From the NCBI GenBank assembly GCA_008632985.1, contig QPGO01000024.1:248001-312000 (forward strand): DNA of 64,000 nucleotides. Direction: 5' to 3'. Origin of the DNA: Psammoneis japonica. Its lineage: Eukaryota. The notes beneath the pieces were generated by a model, which saw only the letters and a list, made by a program, of their open reading frames with translations, was not told where the DNA came from and did not search any database. Below, in pieces: positions 50,020 to 63,158 of this stretch. The position numbers were made by a program, and so were the translations under genes. Every line of letters begins with the position of its first letter. Within the stretch, counting starts at the first letter, position 1.

Positions 50020-53000
50020 CAGCTGATGCCAGCAACAACTTCTCTGTTTTCTCTCAACTGGTGCCAAAAAAGCAGCTGCACATGGCTTGCTGCTGTGACA
50101 CCCTTTTCTGTTTGAGAGCTCCAGACTCAACCAATGCACAAAAACACTTCAGACAATGGAAATCCACAAATTGTTTCTCTCCAGAATTACAAAAAAAGAC
50201 CATGGTTGCATGAAAATCCACACAAGAAGGTGAAAAAAACTTGAGCACCCCTGTAAAACCAGTCCCTTGCAGTGTTTCTCTGTTTGATGTGGCTGCTTTT
50301 TAGCAGTCCAAAACCTGTCACGCAAGAGAGCAATCAGGAAGTGACCCAGACAACATGATCCCTTTCATCTCTGATGTCAACCACAGCTGTGATTCTCACC
50401 AACACAGGGATGCACAGAATTTGTTCCACAAAAAAAAGTGAGAAATCAAAAATGAGCAATGACAGCAGTGCCAATTCTGAGAGCAACAATGAGTCTCCAG
50501 GAGACTCTCCTTCATCAAGCCAGCAGGCAAATGACACACAGAGGAAATGGAGGAAAAGAACAAGCACCTGGAACAGCCCACAGCACAAACAAAAAATGAC
50601 ACAGCGGAAGCTTGAAGAGATCAAAGTGATCTCCAGCAAGTGCCCTGAACAGTGCCAGTTTCAGTGTGCCATTGCAGTCACCACTGCACAAGCCAAGGCT
50701 GCTCTTTTGGCAAGTGAGTTTTGCTGTGCAACGGAAGCACAAAAGAGAAAAAGCTCAACAGAAAAGAGAAGGAGCCACAGAAGCATTTGGAGAGTGTGCC
50801 TGCATGAGTTCAGTGGTGGCTCAAATGCAAGGCCTTGGGTTTGAAAGCCAAAGCACTGTTGAAAAGCAGCAAGCAGCACAAATGACATTTGTTGTGCATG
50901 TGTGACCCACCTCCTGTGCTTCAAATCTTTGCACTTTGTGTGAGGCATGAATGGATTGCAAGCAAGTGGCAAGCAGCAGTGCAAGTGTGTTGTGTTGAAT
51001 TGCAGCGCAACAAGATGTGGCAGATGGCACTGCACACACAGAAAGTGACTCACTTTGTTGTGCATGTTGAATTTTGCCACTTTGTGCAAGGCATTGATGC
51101 ATTGACATTGCCATCACAACAGCTCCAACAGACCAAAAGCTGACAAAAATGCCAAGGAGAAGAAGGGTTGCCACAGTCAGTTGCTTGAAAAGACCAGTTG
51201 GGTGAGGCCTGGCATTGTGCCTCCAGTGCCTCCCAACCCTCCTCTTCCACCTGCTCCTGTGCCTCCCCCCCCCCCCCCCCCCCCCACCTTGTGAAGAAAA
51301 AGATTTGAGCAAGGAAAGCTGCGCTTGCAGCCAGTGTGAACCAACCTCTGGGGCACTGCTTCAAGAAAGGTCATCACAGTGGGCATGTGAAGCACAGCAC
51401 AGTGTCTTTTTCTTGCAGCAGCACTGGACATTGTGGTGCAATCAGATGACATTTAGGACCCTTTGCTGGCACTGCACATGATCTGCTTTTCATGCAACTG
51501 CTTTTGTTTTGCATGAAAAAGTGACAGCACCATTGAGTTGGGAGTGGCTGCTGGCACAATGACACATTTGCCAAGCACTCAATGACGCCACATTCCAGAG
51601 AATCCATTGGTGACACCTGAAGTCAATTTGCTGAATTTGTTCTTGCTCCTCTTCTGGATTCAAAGCCATGGCTCTGACACCTTCTGTCTGCTTTTGACCT
51701 TGAGCTGGTTCATTTGGATCAACCACATGACCACAACCTCACAATTGACTTCATCCCTCATCTGTGCAACTTCTTTCTTTGCACAGCCCCAAGAACAAAT
51801 GTGGCACAGCTCAACAAAATCAGCAGGCTTTGGCAGCTTCCCTGTTGTTGACAAAATTTTTAGTTCTTGTGCACCCTTGCAATCACAGGTTTGTTCAAAA
51901 TGTAACAAGGCCAGCTGGCTGGCCTTGCTTTTGCAATGTCTGCCATTTGCATCAATGCCAAACCCTGATGCCATCCTGCTGAAGAAGATGGTGTTGAAAA
52001 TTGCAGCCAGCACTTTGCATCATCAGCACCTCCTCAAACCTCAAGTGCGTGTCAAGCATCATTTTTAATTTGGTGTGACATTTCAGATGGCATGCTTTTG
52101 CTGCAGCCATCCACTGCTTTTGGCATCAAAACTTCTGGAAAAAGGAAAACACGACAATGTCTGTGCAATCAAAACTGAGGTTCTTGTCACTTTTTGAGGA
52201 TTTTTCAGTGTGCACCAAAGGAAGAATTCACGTGCAAAGCAACCACTTTCACACACAATCCCAAGCAGAGGTGCACATGTCAAATGGCTGCCCCAGCTGC
52301 ACCTTCTGACAATGTGCATTTTTTGGAGCCACTTGGTCCACCAAAAGTTCTGACATGATTGTCAATCCAAGAAGTTTTGGCAACAATGTTCTGCAAGTTG
52401 TTCTGTGGCACGGCTTTCTCTGCTCATGGGGCATCTGATCTTTGATGTCCTGTTTGGGCACACAATGATGCGGGCAATTTCATCCTTTGTTCTGGCAAGT
52501 CAAGCTGTAAAAACACAGTCCTGTTGGCTCTGGGTCATTGCTTGCTGGACAACATTTGATGCAATGTGTGAGGTGATTTGACGCAAACTTGGGGGGTGTG
52601 GTGGGAGGGACATGTTGAAGCAAAAATGAAATTTCATGGAGTCAGTCCATGGCCTCTTCTTCTGCACTCACAAACTGTGGAAGTCAAAGCATGCCAATCT
52701 TGGCTGCCCCACCTGACGTGCAGCGGACCTCCTCAATTGGCTCCATGACTTGGCTTGGCTGAGTGCTCTTCATCACTGCACATTTGCCATTGTCACCATT
52801 GCATTGCCCCACTCCAGTTTCCTCATCACATGCTTCATCACTGGCACCTGTCTCATCTTCAGTTTGCTTGTCACCAAGCAAACAAGCAACATGCTCTGTC
52901 TCAGCACTCATGAACTGCTTCATTGCCAGTGTCGGCCTGCTCCAGCTCCAGGTGATGTGCAGAGGTTTGATTCCCATCGCTGGCCATCATCATTTGTGCA

Positions 53001-54273
53001 TTTGGCACAATGAACTCACTCTAAATCCATTTTTTCCCAAATCAAAGGGCAAGTGCACACAAAACTCACATTTTTTTGTGTGCACTTGCCTTTCGATTTT
53101 CAAAAAAATCAAATTTGAAGGAATTTGATGTGCCAAACTGCACCCTTTTGTGTGATGGATTGCGCATCACCTGGAGCTGGAACAGGCTTGTCCATTTTGT
53201 CTCCAGCTTTCTTGCTGCTGAGCAGACAACTTGCTCCAATCTCCTCATGTTGCCAAGCAAAAACCCTGTTTTCCCCATTTTTCCTTGTCACTGAGCAGAT
53301 GGCCAAGACAACAACCTGCTCCAGGTTCCTTGTTGCCAAGCAGATGACCAACAGGACAGCCAACAGGATGACCTGTTCTGGTGCCAAGTGTGTGACCATG
53401 ACCATGACCTGCTCGAGCATCATTTGTTTTGGAGTTCTCATTGTTGTCACCATGATTTGATGGCAGCATGTCTCTCCCATTGCCCACACAGTGATGTGAT
53501 CATTCTTCTTCATCATCATCATGATCGTCGCTGTTGCTCTTTCCATGTGATGGCTCTTTCTTGCCATCATTGTTGTTGTTGTCATTGTCATCTTGATGTG
53601 ATGCCCTCCCCCCCTCTTGTGTGACCCAGATGGAGAGCCACCGTCCTTGCCAGTTCTGTCATCATGGTTGTGGTCATCTCAGAAGCAACACAACCAGCAC
53701 TTTTGGTGCAATGGGAGTGACCCATGGTTGGAAAGGACAGCACCCATCTTGTTGTGTCATCTGCATCAACCAAATGGGTCTCAACATTGTCTGCTCCATT
53801 GTCTTCACCATTGGCATCATGCAGCAGGCAGGAAGCAACAACATGACTGATGGGGTTGCTGTTTGCCATTTTATGCTTTGAAGAAGTGTGACAGCATTCT
53901 CCGCTGTCTCCAACAAAGTAAGGGCTTTTTGAACATTCCACACATGCGTTGTCTTCTTTTTCTTCTTCAATGGAAGGGGCAATCAAGCACTCTCCACAAC
54001 AATGCTTGGGAAATGGGCATTGCTTCTTTGAAGAAAGAATGATTTTTTTCCGAACGAAGAGAGCATAAAAGAGGCCGATGACTGTACCTTTTGAGGACAT
54101 GTATCACACGGAAACCTGAGACACCCTACGCGCAGTGACGTCCACCATATGCAGATTTCGAAATAGAAGAAGCATCATGATTCTTGTGCGACTACTCTGG
54201 AGCATCGCACCAAGAAGAGAGGTAAAGTTCATTCAAAGCAGAATCCATGTAAACTCTTCATGTATCTAGATAA

Positions 54274-55608
54274 CTACCAAAAGAATAAACCATTCAAGAA
54301 AACAATGGACATCATGAACGAAGCAAAGCTCCCGCTCAAGAATGAGGCGGGTGCCATTGCCGCACCAGATGAGGCTTCAATGTTATCCGTGGGAGCCGTC
54401 TCGGGCTGATAACCAGGCATAGTCGGGACTGTTGGTCCGTTATTACTGTTGTTGCCAGGTATGGGAGCTGTTTCTTCATTATTGTTATTGCCATCCAGCG
54501 TATCAGTGGTTTCATCGTCCGGCCCGGTCCACGGGGACACGTACGTATTACCCGTGACACAATCCTTCATGGTGCCGCATTCACGTAACAAGGTACATCC
54601 ACCGTCGGGGCATTTCTTTCCCTCGGCAATAAGCTTAATGTGACACACATCGGACGTAGGGGGGTCCATTTCACTGGGAAGGCAACTGGTAGCACGACAG
54701 GCCTCACTAACTTCAATTTTCCATGCATCTGGTAACGATTCGATACCCTTTTTTGTGTACTGAATATTAGAGACTTCAAAGATAGGCCATGAGGTAAGTG
54801 ACGCTGGGACGCATCCGCTCACCCATTTCCAAGAGAACATTGGTTCAAAGAACTTGAGTTGACAATTGTGCGATCCGACAATCGTAACGGGTGTGCTCCA
54901 TTCTTCAAGCGTTTCACGGGCATCTCCGTAATGCACTCCACTCCGCAGAACGGCACTACTGGCGTCAACGCAGAAATCGTACTTGGCATCAGTGAGCACG
55001 GATGCGACACCGTTTCCACTATTTGGAGAACTGGCGGACATGGCTAGGGGAATACTGTGATTAATAAGACGAAAGTATTGATGATTCGTGATGGAGGTGG
55101 CGGAATCTTGACAAACAGGCAGGTCTGGATTGGTTGGGACACCAATTTCACACATGGGCATAGAATTCATGACAGTCTCGTCTTCGTAGTACATGTGAAA
55201 GTCGTAATGACTTTCGGCGTGACAAATAGTAATTTCCTTGTGTCCACAGGGTTGCCAATCGGGAGAAGCAAACTTGACGCCGGTGACGCGAGTGATTTCG
55301 GCACTGACGGGACGAGGGAAGAAACGAGGCATCCAAAAGGGTTGTCCATCGCGTGCCACAACACTGGAATCACCATTACATCGGATATCATCTTCGGCAT
55401 TAAAGACGCGTCCGCCTTTCTCTCCATCGACAAAGATCGTGGCATTGTGAATATGATCCCATTCAAACACCAACCGGTACTTCGTTTCAGCGTCCGTCGG
55501 ATGAGGTTCCAAGTGCGCTTGCCAATTGGACACTTGTTCCGCCTTGGCGGGCGTCCCGCAAAGGAACAACATGGCGGCGAGAGAGGAAGCGGAGAATTTC
55601 ATTGTCAT
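54274..55608 (-). CDS. Secreted/surface-anchored Cys-rich protein with a HYDFH motif
   Basis: Signal-peptide-like MKFSASSLAAMLFLCGTPAKA, DWQPCGH...HAESHYDFHMYY, a P/T/N-rich linker and a hydrophobic C-terminus after ASSGA (GPI-like). Confidence 0.75.
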   Translation of the reverse strand: MTMKFSASSLAAMLFLCGTPAKAEQVSNWQAHLEPHPTDAETKYRLVFEWDHIHNATIFVDGEKGGRVFNAEDDIRCNGDSSVVARDGQPFWMPRFFPRPVSAEITRVTGVKFASPDWQPCGHKEITICHAESHYDFHMYYEDETVMNSMPMCEIGVPTNPDLPVCQDSATSITNHQYFRLINHSIPLAMSASSPNSGNGVASVLTDAKYDFCVDASSAVLRSGVHYGDARETLEEWSTPVTIVGSHNCQLKFFEPMFSWKWVSGCVPASLTSWPIFEVSNIQYTKKGIESLPDAWKIEVSEACRATSCLPSEMDPPTSDVCHIKLIAEGKKCPDGGCTLLRECGTMKDCVTGNTYVSPWTGPDDETTDTLDGNNNNEETAPIPGNNSNNGPTVPTMPGYQPETAPTDNIEASSGAAMAPASFLSGSFASFMMSIVFLNGLFFW

Positions 55609-55837
55609 CGTCTTGTGAATGGTGTTGATTCTTTCCGAAATAACAATGAAGAACCCAGTGTGTGCGTGTTCTTGGACAACATTCTTCCACATACAGAGAA
55701 AGCCACAGAGGTGTGACCAATGAGTTGTTCTGGGGGAACGGCTTCCTCCCATGCACATCCAGCATATCGACTACTCTTTTCTTTGCTCATTTTTTCCACG
55801 TCAGTCTTTCCCTGTTTGATTGGTCGCACATGCATGC

Positions 55838-58800
55838 TGCAGTATGCGACTGTTATATACATATTTATGATTATATATTATTTATATGTCAATCGTACCA
55901 CAGTCGTGGATGCGTACAAAGGACAGAACGATCACACAGAGTTGATCGGATGTCGAGAATTGCAAATACGATCGATTGACGATGTTGACATCTTACGTGT
56001 CAATAGCAATCGTATCCGGACAATCTGTTGTCACGAATATATTCTCCGAAAGGCCTTTTGTCTGTAGAAGCAGTGCAGAAGCTTTAGGCCATTGAGAACT
56101 CGTTCGGAGAAACCAAAAATCACAGAGCAAAATTTAATCTCATAATTTCCACTTTTCGCACACTATTCTACTTTCGTTTACACTCGTTCTTCGAGCATAG
56201 TGCATTGTGTATACACACCACAGAAGGTAAAAAGCACGGAAAATGAAAATTTTAACTAATGTGCCTTTGCAAATTCTTCTATAAACAGGAACGAATCGCA
56301 TCAGTTCTGCTGGAATCGATTTCCGAGCGGAAGAAGCTCAAGCCGAGCAGTGCCTCAAGATGGAACGCTGTTTTTCGTCTACCAGACAAGAGGATTCGCT
56401 CTAATACGGTCTATTCCAAGCACCCAAGGATCAAGGGCTCTCAAGTACACCGCATTATCAAAAAATCTACACCAAGTCATGGTTGCAGAGAATGCAAGTT
56501 CCGAGTCGATCAGGTCCGAGAAATGCGTCTAGCATGCAAGGAGAGACTGTTGGAGAGTTTTTGGAGACCGAATCAACGAGCCTCGAGTCCAAGAGCAAGA
56601 TGGAACCGTTGGAAAGTACCTCAAGAGTCTCATGTCTCATGTCTTTCCAAGAATTGCACTTCAGAATCAGAGTTGTCATTTTCAAGACGATCTGAAGAAA
56701 CCAGAGCTGCTTGACAGCAAGAAAGCCTCTGTTAGACCCAAGAGGTCAATGATGAGAGTCCATGCGACCCTCAGATGGATTCTAAGTCGAATCTAGCGGG
56801 AAACCGAGCGCTGATTTATCAGCTGTCACTCGCACCGCAAGGATGGCAGCATCAGTCTACTGTCCAAAACAATCAACTGTTGCAACTCATCCTTGATGAG
56901 CTGATTAAGTTTTGAGTCATCTAAAGGTCGTTCATGACGTCCGTGACGAAAAAACATGTCAACTCAGGCTCTGACAGCGCAGTTGGTTCCAAAATAAAAA
57001 AGGTTCCAAATTTGGTTCCAAAAATGGTCTCCCACATGGTGCCAGAACAATCCAAAGTGAATGCAAGGTCTCATCTTTAAAAAAAGAACACCCACATCAC
57101 GGATTGAAGCTGTTCTAAAAATGAACTAGCAAAAGAGTGCAAGGGTGACTCTGAAAGAGACCCAAAAATGCGCCGTTCAAATGGCAATCGCACGCGGTCG
57201 CGTCGCGACAACGAAAATGCCGCTCGCAAAAAAGAGTTGAACGTCATGGTTGATCAGGCGGTTCAAAAAATGCTCAAAGCGAGTTCCTCGAACAAAGAAA
57301 AAGAGCACAAGGGCAAAGAAACAGATTCTGATGCCCTCAGTGAAGAAAAGTGCCAATTTGATCGGATGATCCAGACTGAATCCGAAGAACAATTTTGGTC
57401 CATTCACGAATTGTGTGCTTCACTGGATGTTAGGAAGCCTAGAAAAAAGGCAGAAATAATTCATGCCAGTCCAGGAGTCATCATTTGTGTGAATGCTTCC
57501 TTGGGAAAGGAGAGAAAAAAAAGCATCTACGTGTTCCCATCGATGACGGAACATCGTCAACCACAATTTTGCGCAAATTCGTGCGAAAGTTGAGAACACA
57601 AGAATCCGCCACCAAAAACTTGGGAAACCAAGGGTGAGCTCTTTACGACTGACAGCAAACACCGAATTCAGTTCTCACTGTGCGAAATTTAAGGCATGCT
57701 GACATTCAAACAGCACATGTTGAAAACACCAAATTTTCTTCAGGTTCAAATGATGTGATCATGGGACGCGACTTAATGTCCAGTCCTGCAAGTCACATTG
57801 GACTGCGCAAATGAAGAAATCTAATGGGAAGAAGCAATTGCCTTATGAAGAATGTTCGTGCACTCTTCGATGCCGATGTTTTCAAGCTGAAAACCGATCA
57901 CATTGAAAAATGTGACGCCGTGAATGGAGTCAATGACGGAACCAATGGTCCTCGACTCACATTGTCACGCCATCGATCTTAATCAAGTGACAACTGCGGC
58001 AATGCATCTAACCCAAATGAACACAACCAACTCAATCTTCTTCTTGAGAGGTTGAAATCGTTTTGAAAAGTTCCTCAGACGAATGTGTGGGAAGCATCAG
58101 TGGATCTCATCGTGGAAAATCTGACGCGATTCCACGACGCGTGAGAACCTTCTCCTGTCACAGTCTTTGGAGGCGTCCAATCAAAAGGAGTTTGACCTGT
58201 TGTGAAAGATTGAAGTCTTGAGAATGAAATTGCTCTGAACAAGTCGCTCTGAGACTCATTGTCTGAAGAAAACAGGTCGAGTTCGACCGCATCCGACACT
58301 CAGAAGCTCAGCACAAGGTTCGTGCAGGTGGTGCATCCTTTGCCCAACATTCAGGAAATGCCATTGAAGCAAGAACGTTTCATGTGTGCAATCTATTTGA
58401 TTCAAACATGGAATGCCACCATGTCAAATAAAAAAAGCACACGTCGTGCTCACACGAAAATCATGCCGTGGGGAGAAAATGAGCACTGTGGACTTCCAAT
58501 GAGAATCTGTGGAGCCCCAGACATTTTTGTGCAACACTTGAGTGAACTCATGGCAGGTTTGAAGTTGTCAGAACGACTGTGTGTGATCGTTTGTGCCTGA
58601 CAAAAGTAACTTCAAAATGTCACCTGTGCAAGCAACAGCTTAGTGCGGCATTCAAACGACTGGAACAGTCGCTTAGAAGGTCAACAACAAAAGTCCTTCA
58701 CTGTTTAACTTGAAACAAACTGTCAAGACTTCCACACGTGACGACATGCAATCGATTGCAAAGAAAATGGAGGCGATTCAAGCAATCGCAACACGAGAAA

Positions 58801-60563
58801 AACGTGGAGAACACTGCGACATCTCGTTGTCATGCGTTGCTGTTGTCGAGACATGTGGTCTCAACGATCTCCTGTGCAATGCTAACCAAATTCACCTCAA
58901 CAAAGGTCAAACGGCAAAAGTGCAAGTACGGAATGAAAAGTCTCCGAAAACATGGAGCGCATCAAATCAAAAACTGTGTTGTCATCATGCACAGATTTCA
59001 ATGCTGTGCGTCACAACGGAAAAAAGAACTTCTGTCCACAGTGAAAACACTCACAAAATTCCAAAATGTGCTGTTTGGCCAACAGATTTATGCACACACG
59101 GATCATGAGACACAATGGACAAAGTCGTGCGTTGACAACTTCAGCCCCGAATTAGAGTGCAACGAGGGCAAGGCGAACATCGTCGCGACAGACGCGATCA
59201 GCCGACTTGCCATGGAAAATTGAATCCTACGACAATGTCCCACTGTTAAAACGGGATGAAGACATTCCCTCCAAATTGTCGGACGCGACATGTCATGCGA
59301 ACACTTTTCGTGGAGGCGAGCGAGATCGAAAAATGCTCATGTCACAAGGACAAAATCGCCTTTTTAAAGGACGATTTAGGAAAAAACAGCGACAGATTGG
59401 CACACATTATACGCATCCACTTCACACTGGCAAAAGACAATCTCACAACACCCGCACGGTTGCATTGTACAATGCACGAGGCAAGACATTAAAACATGCA
59501 TCATGTCGACACACGAGATGTGCCAAAGATCTAGAAAAAGAAAAGAAAAATGGACATTTATCCACTTAGTGCACGAAACCAGTGCCTTCGGAATGACAAA
59601 ATAACACCGGTATGTCAGAAAGAAACGTCCAAATAACGATTAAAATCCAACTGATAGATGGTTGAAGTGCAAAAAAAAAAAAATCCATAATGGAATTCAT
59701 AACCATCACAGGATTGATTATCAAGACGAAATGGTCATAATATCTTTGACCATCGTTTATTATTACTTATGAAACGTGGTAGTGCAGCAGAGCAATATGG
59801 CATATAAAGTAAGCCCGCCAAACTACATGAAATCCACAAGTAAGTAAGTGAACGCCATAATTAAGAGCGTACATTAAGTACTGGGCACGATGCCATGTAC
59901 AATCGATATCAGGAAAAACACTTACTCCAGGACAATTAGTCCTTGTGTTCATATCAACAAGAACGTCAATGAGAATACTCGACGTAATACTATATATATA
60001 CATATTAAGTGAGAAACAAACAATGTCACTCTCAAAAGACATTCGGAAATTAGAACGGCCCTATATTGCCTATACAAAACAACAACAGTCATTGCTAATG
60101 GCACAATACAGTGAAAGTGGAGACATTATTGACACTGTCGATGTCCGTCGAATAATCCACTTACAAATGACTCTAATGTGCAATTAGGGAGGCGAATGCA
60201 GTATGCGACTGTTATATACATATTTATGATTATATATTATTTATATGTCAATCGTACCACAGTCGTGGATGCGTACAAAGGACAGAACGATCACACAGAG
60301 TTGATCGGATGTCGAGAATTGCAAATACGATCGATTGACGATGTTGACATCTTACGTGTCAATGGCAATCGTATCCGGACAATCTGTTGTCACGAATATA
60401 TTCTCCGAAAGGCCTTTTGTCTGTAGAAGCAGTGCAGAAGCTTTAGGCCATTGAGAACTCGTTCGGAGAAACCAAAAATCACAGAGCAAAATTTAATCTC
60501 ATAATTTCCACTTTTCGCACACTATTCTACTTTCGTTTACACTCGTTCTTCGAGCATAGTGCA
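55838..60563 (+). mobile_element. Non-autonomous Ty3/Gypsy-derived LTR retrotransposon, recent insertion
   Basis: LTRs 55838-56204 and 60197-60563 (367 bp, TG...CA, one mismatch seen). TSD ATGC at 55834-55837 and 60564-60567. Purine tract AGGGAGGCGAA precedes the 3' LTR. Internal pol relics IMPWGENEHCGLPMRICGAPDIF and HTDHE...GKANIVATDAISRL. Confidence 0.92.
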
Positions 60564-62700
60564 ATGCTGTTGCTGAGAGCGAGCCGTCATGATGAAGCAA
60601 AAAGGGCAATTTTTTCATGTTCGTGGCCGGCCAAAGGAAAAGAGAAAAAAAGAGGGGAATCAACCGTTGAACACACACACACAATTGACCATGCAACCAT
60701 GGCCAGAGTTGCACTGGCTTCTTTTGATCCAGGGTGGTTGCTGCAGGTGCAAAGAGTGGGGCACATTGCAGTTGCAGGAGGGTGACAATGTGGCACTGAG
60801 TGTGTGCCACCAGGCTGAGCAGCCCAGCTTGGGTGTCAGCCAAGCCCTGCCAGGCCAGCTGCCCTGGCTCCAGCTGCTCTTCCCAGTGTGCGTGAGTTGT
60901 TGAAGGAGCACCACATTGACTCAAAGGCTGTGTTTTAAGTGGGGCAGAGAGAAAAAAACTGTTGTCTTGGCTGGTGCTTGCTTCAGACCCTGCATCATGA
61001 GTGCAAGCTCCTCTTGAGGAATGAGCAAGAACAGCCATTTTTGGCGCCTCTCTTTGGTTGCCCACTTGGCATTGCCAACAAATCTTGAACCAAACTTCAC
61101 TCACAGTTTCTTCACTCTTCAACCACAAAACCAGGTTCAACTTTTTGTTGGCTTCTTTGTGGCTGGGGTCGCTGTTGCAGGCACAAATGGTGGGCACATG
61201 CCATGCGGCTGCTTGGCAACAAGAATGTGATGCCAAGCATGTGCTGCACACCAAGGAGCCAAGCAGCCCAGCTTGGCTTTGAATGGAGCCCCAGGACAGC
61301 AGCCAACTCTGGGTGATCTCAGCATGGTGTGCTTGTTTGGGCTGTGCTGCACTCACCCCACAGTGCTCTGTGTTGTGGTGGCTTGTTGTGCAAGCCGTGT
61401 GGCTGAGGAGCCAGCAGCCAGCCAGGGCCCATCTTGCAAAGGCCACACATGTTGACCCTGTGCAAAGCTGTGTGAGGGGGCAGGCACAGGGATTTGCAAT
61501 GATGGCTTCACAGCCATTGGCCCCAAGTTGGCATTTGATTGGGAGCCAGTGCTGAGGGGCTGTGAAGTGTGGGGTTGGGAGCCCAGCCAGCTCGCACTCT
61601 CTTTGTTGTCACAAAGTGCTGCCACAGCTGTCTTTGCATTGCAACCAGCCAGGTGCTGTTGACCCCAATTTGGCACTTGATTTGGGGTGACTGCCAAGGA
61701 GCTGTGAAGTGTGGGGTTGGGCAGTCCAGCCAGCTCACACTCTTTGCTGACAGCAGAAAGCGCTGTCGCAGCTGTCCTTGCGCACACATGGCCAGAGCAG
61801 CCTTGGCGCATCCTGCTGACAAAACTGACAAAGACAGCGACTCTTGTGGTTGAGCCACTCAGCACGCAGGAGATCTGGGCACACTCCTGGGAAGTCAAAC
61901 AGGAAGGAGGGCTCAGCATTGCCGCCAGTGCCAGGCACAAATGTCAGCTTGTCTTGAGAGAGATTCGAGCCCACACAGCCCCGCGTTGGGCATCTTTGCT
62001 GGCAAAATGGAAAGCATTCTTGAGCACATTCTGGCATGTGGGCAGCACTGTCACCAAGAGGGCTGCTCTGCAGAGGAAGAGGGAAACAGGCAACAACATT
62101 TTGCAAGAACTGTTTTGTGTCAATGGTCGGGTGGGATGTGGCAGCATCTGGACTTTGATGGAGCATTTGGCGGACAAAGCTTGAGCACAGAGAGTTGTCC
62201 ACTCAAGCTCCACAAGTGGCACTTTCCAAAGGTGACACCACACATGGGCCATGTGTTCATGCATCAACATGCCTCAAGCTGCAAGTCACATAAAAAAACC
62301 ACCACCGACCTTTCAACCAACCACCATCATGGACAGAACAGGTCAAGAGGTTCAAAACAAGAGCGATTCATTGACTCTCTTCTGGTTCCATGCATTCAAG
62401 AGCTTCTTGTCCTTCTCAAATGTTTGTTGTGCATTGTTGTCTCTTTTAATTCAAGTGCAAAGAGGAGTCACTTTTCTTGTTTCCATCTCTTGAGATGTTG
62501 TTGGTTGTTGAGTGATGCAATTTTTGTTGTCACATTTTTGGAAATGTTGGCAAACCCGATCACTGCTTGATTGTCAACCCATTTACTGTTTTAAGTCTCC
62601 ATGGCATAAAATGCCATAATTCCAGAGCCCTCAATTGTTTCATCAAACGCAGTGCTTTGAAACACGTCCAACATCAACTCGACTCAGTTGAAATCCCAGT
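60564..62700. repeat. TpA/CpG-depleted degenerate repeat block
   Basis: Near absence of TA, Tyr-free ORFs, and an internal ~140-bp-period duplication at ~61520-61750. Family not identified. Confidence 0.65.
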
Positions 62701-63022
62701 TTGTGGGCGATGAAAAATCACGAATGTCAAACAAATGGCTACTTTCGACATCAAGATCCCCGAGTTCAATCCAAATGTGACGGTACGCCTCACAGCTTAT
62801 GGCCATGACACATACAAGCATGCCTCATTGTTGTCATCGCGTCGAGTACTCGTATCGAAAATGCCGATAGATCAAAGTTCAGGAAAAGGATGGAATACAA
62901 ATTCATTTGTGTATTCATTAGTGGCATTGGCGTAATGATATTTACGGCAGAAGCAATCTAAAATCCTTATTCATCATTGACATTTCTGTATTGCTCAGAT
63001 TTTGAAATCTGACCACTACCGT

Positions 63023-63158
63023 TAAGCATTTAGCTGTCTTTGTATGGAAGTGGAAATGACACTTAAGTATTTACACTAACCATTTAGCTTTCTTTGTGTC
63101 GAAGTGGAAATGACACTTAACGATTTACACTAACCATTTAGCTTACTTTGGCTCGAAG
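63023..63158 (+). repeat. 54-bp tandem repeat, ~2.5 copies
   Basis: CATTTAGC recurs at 63027, 63081 and 63135, with GAAGTGGAAATGACACTTAA in the first two units. Confidence 0.85.

Noticed and set aside
55720..56067. Repeated small ORF (YATVIYIFMIIYYLYVNR...) as a gene family
   Set aside because: It is simply the translation of the LTR present in three copies.
63023..63158. CRISPR array
   Set aside because: Head-to-tail 54-bp units with no variable spacers.
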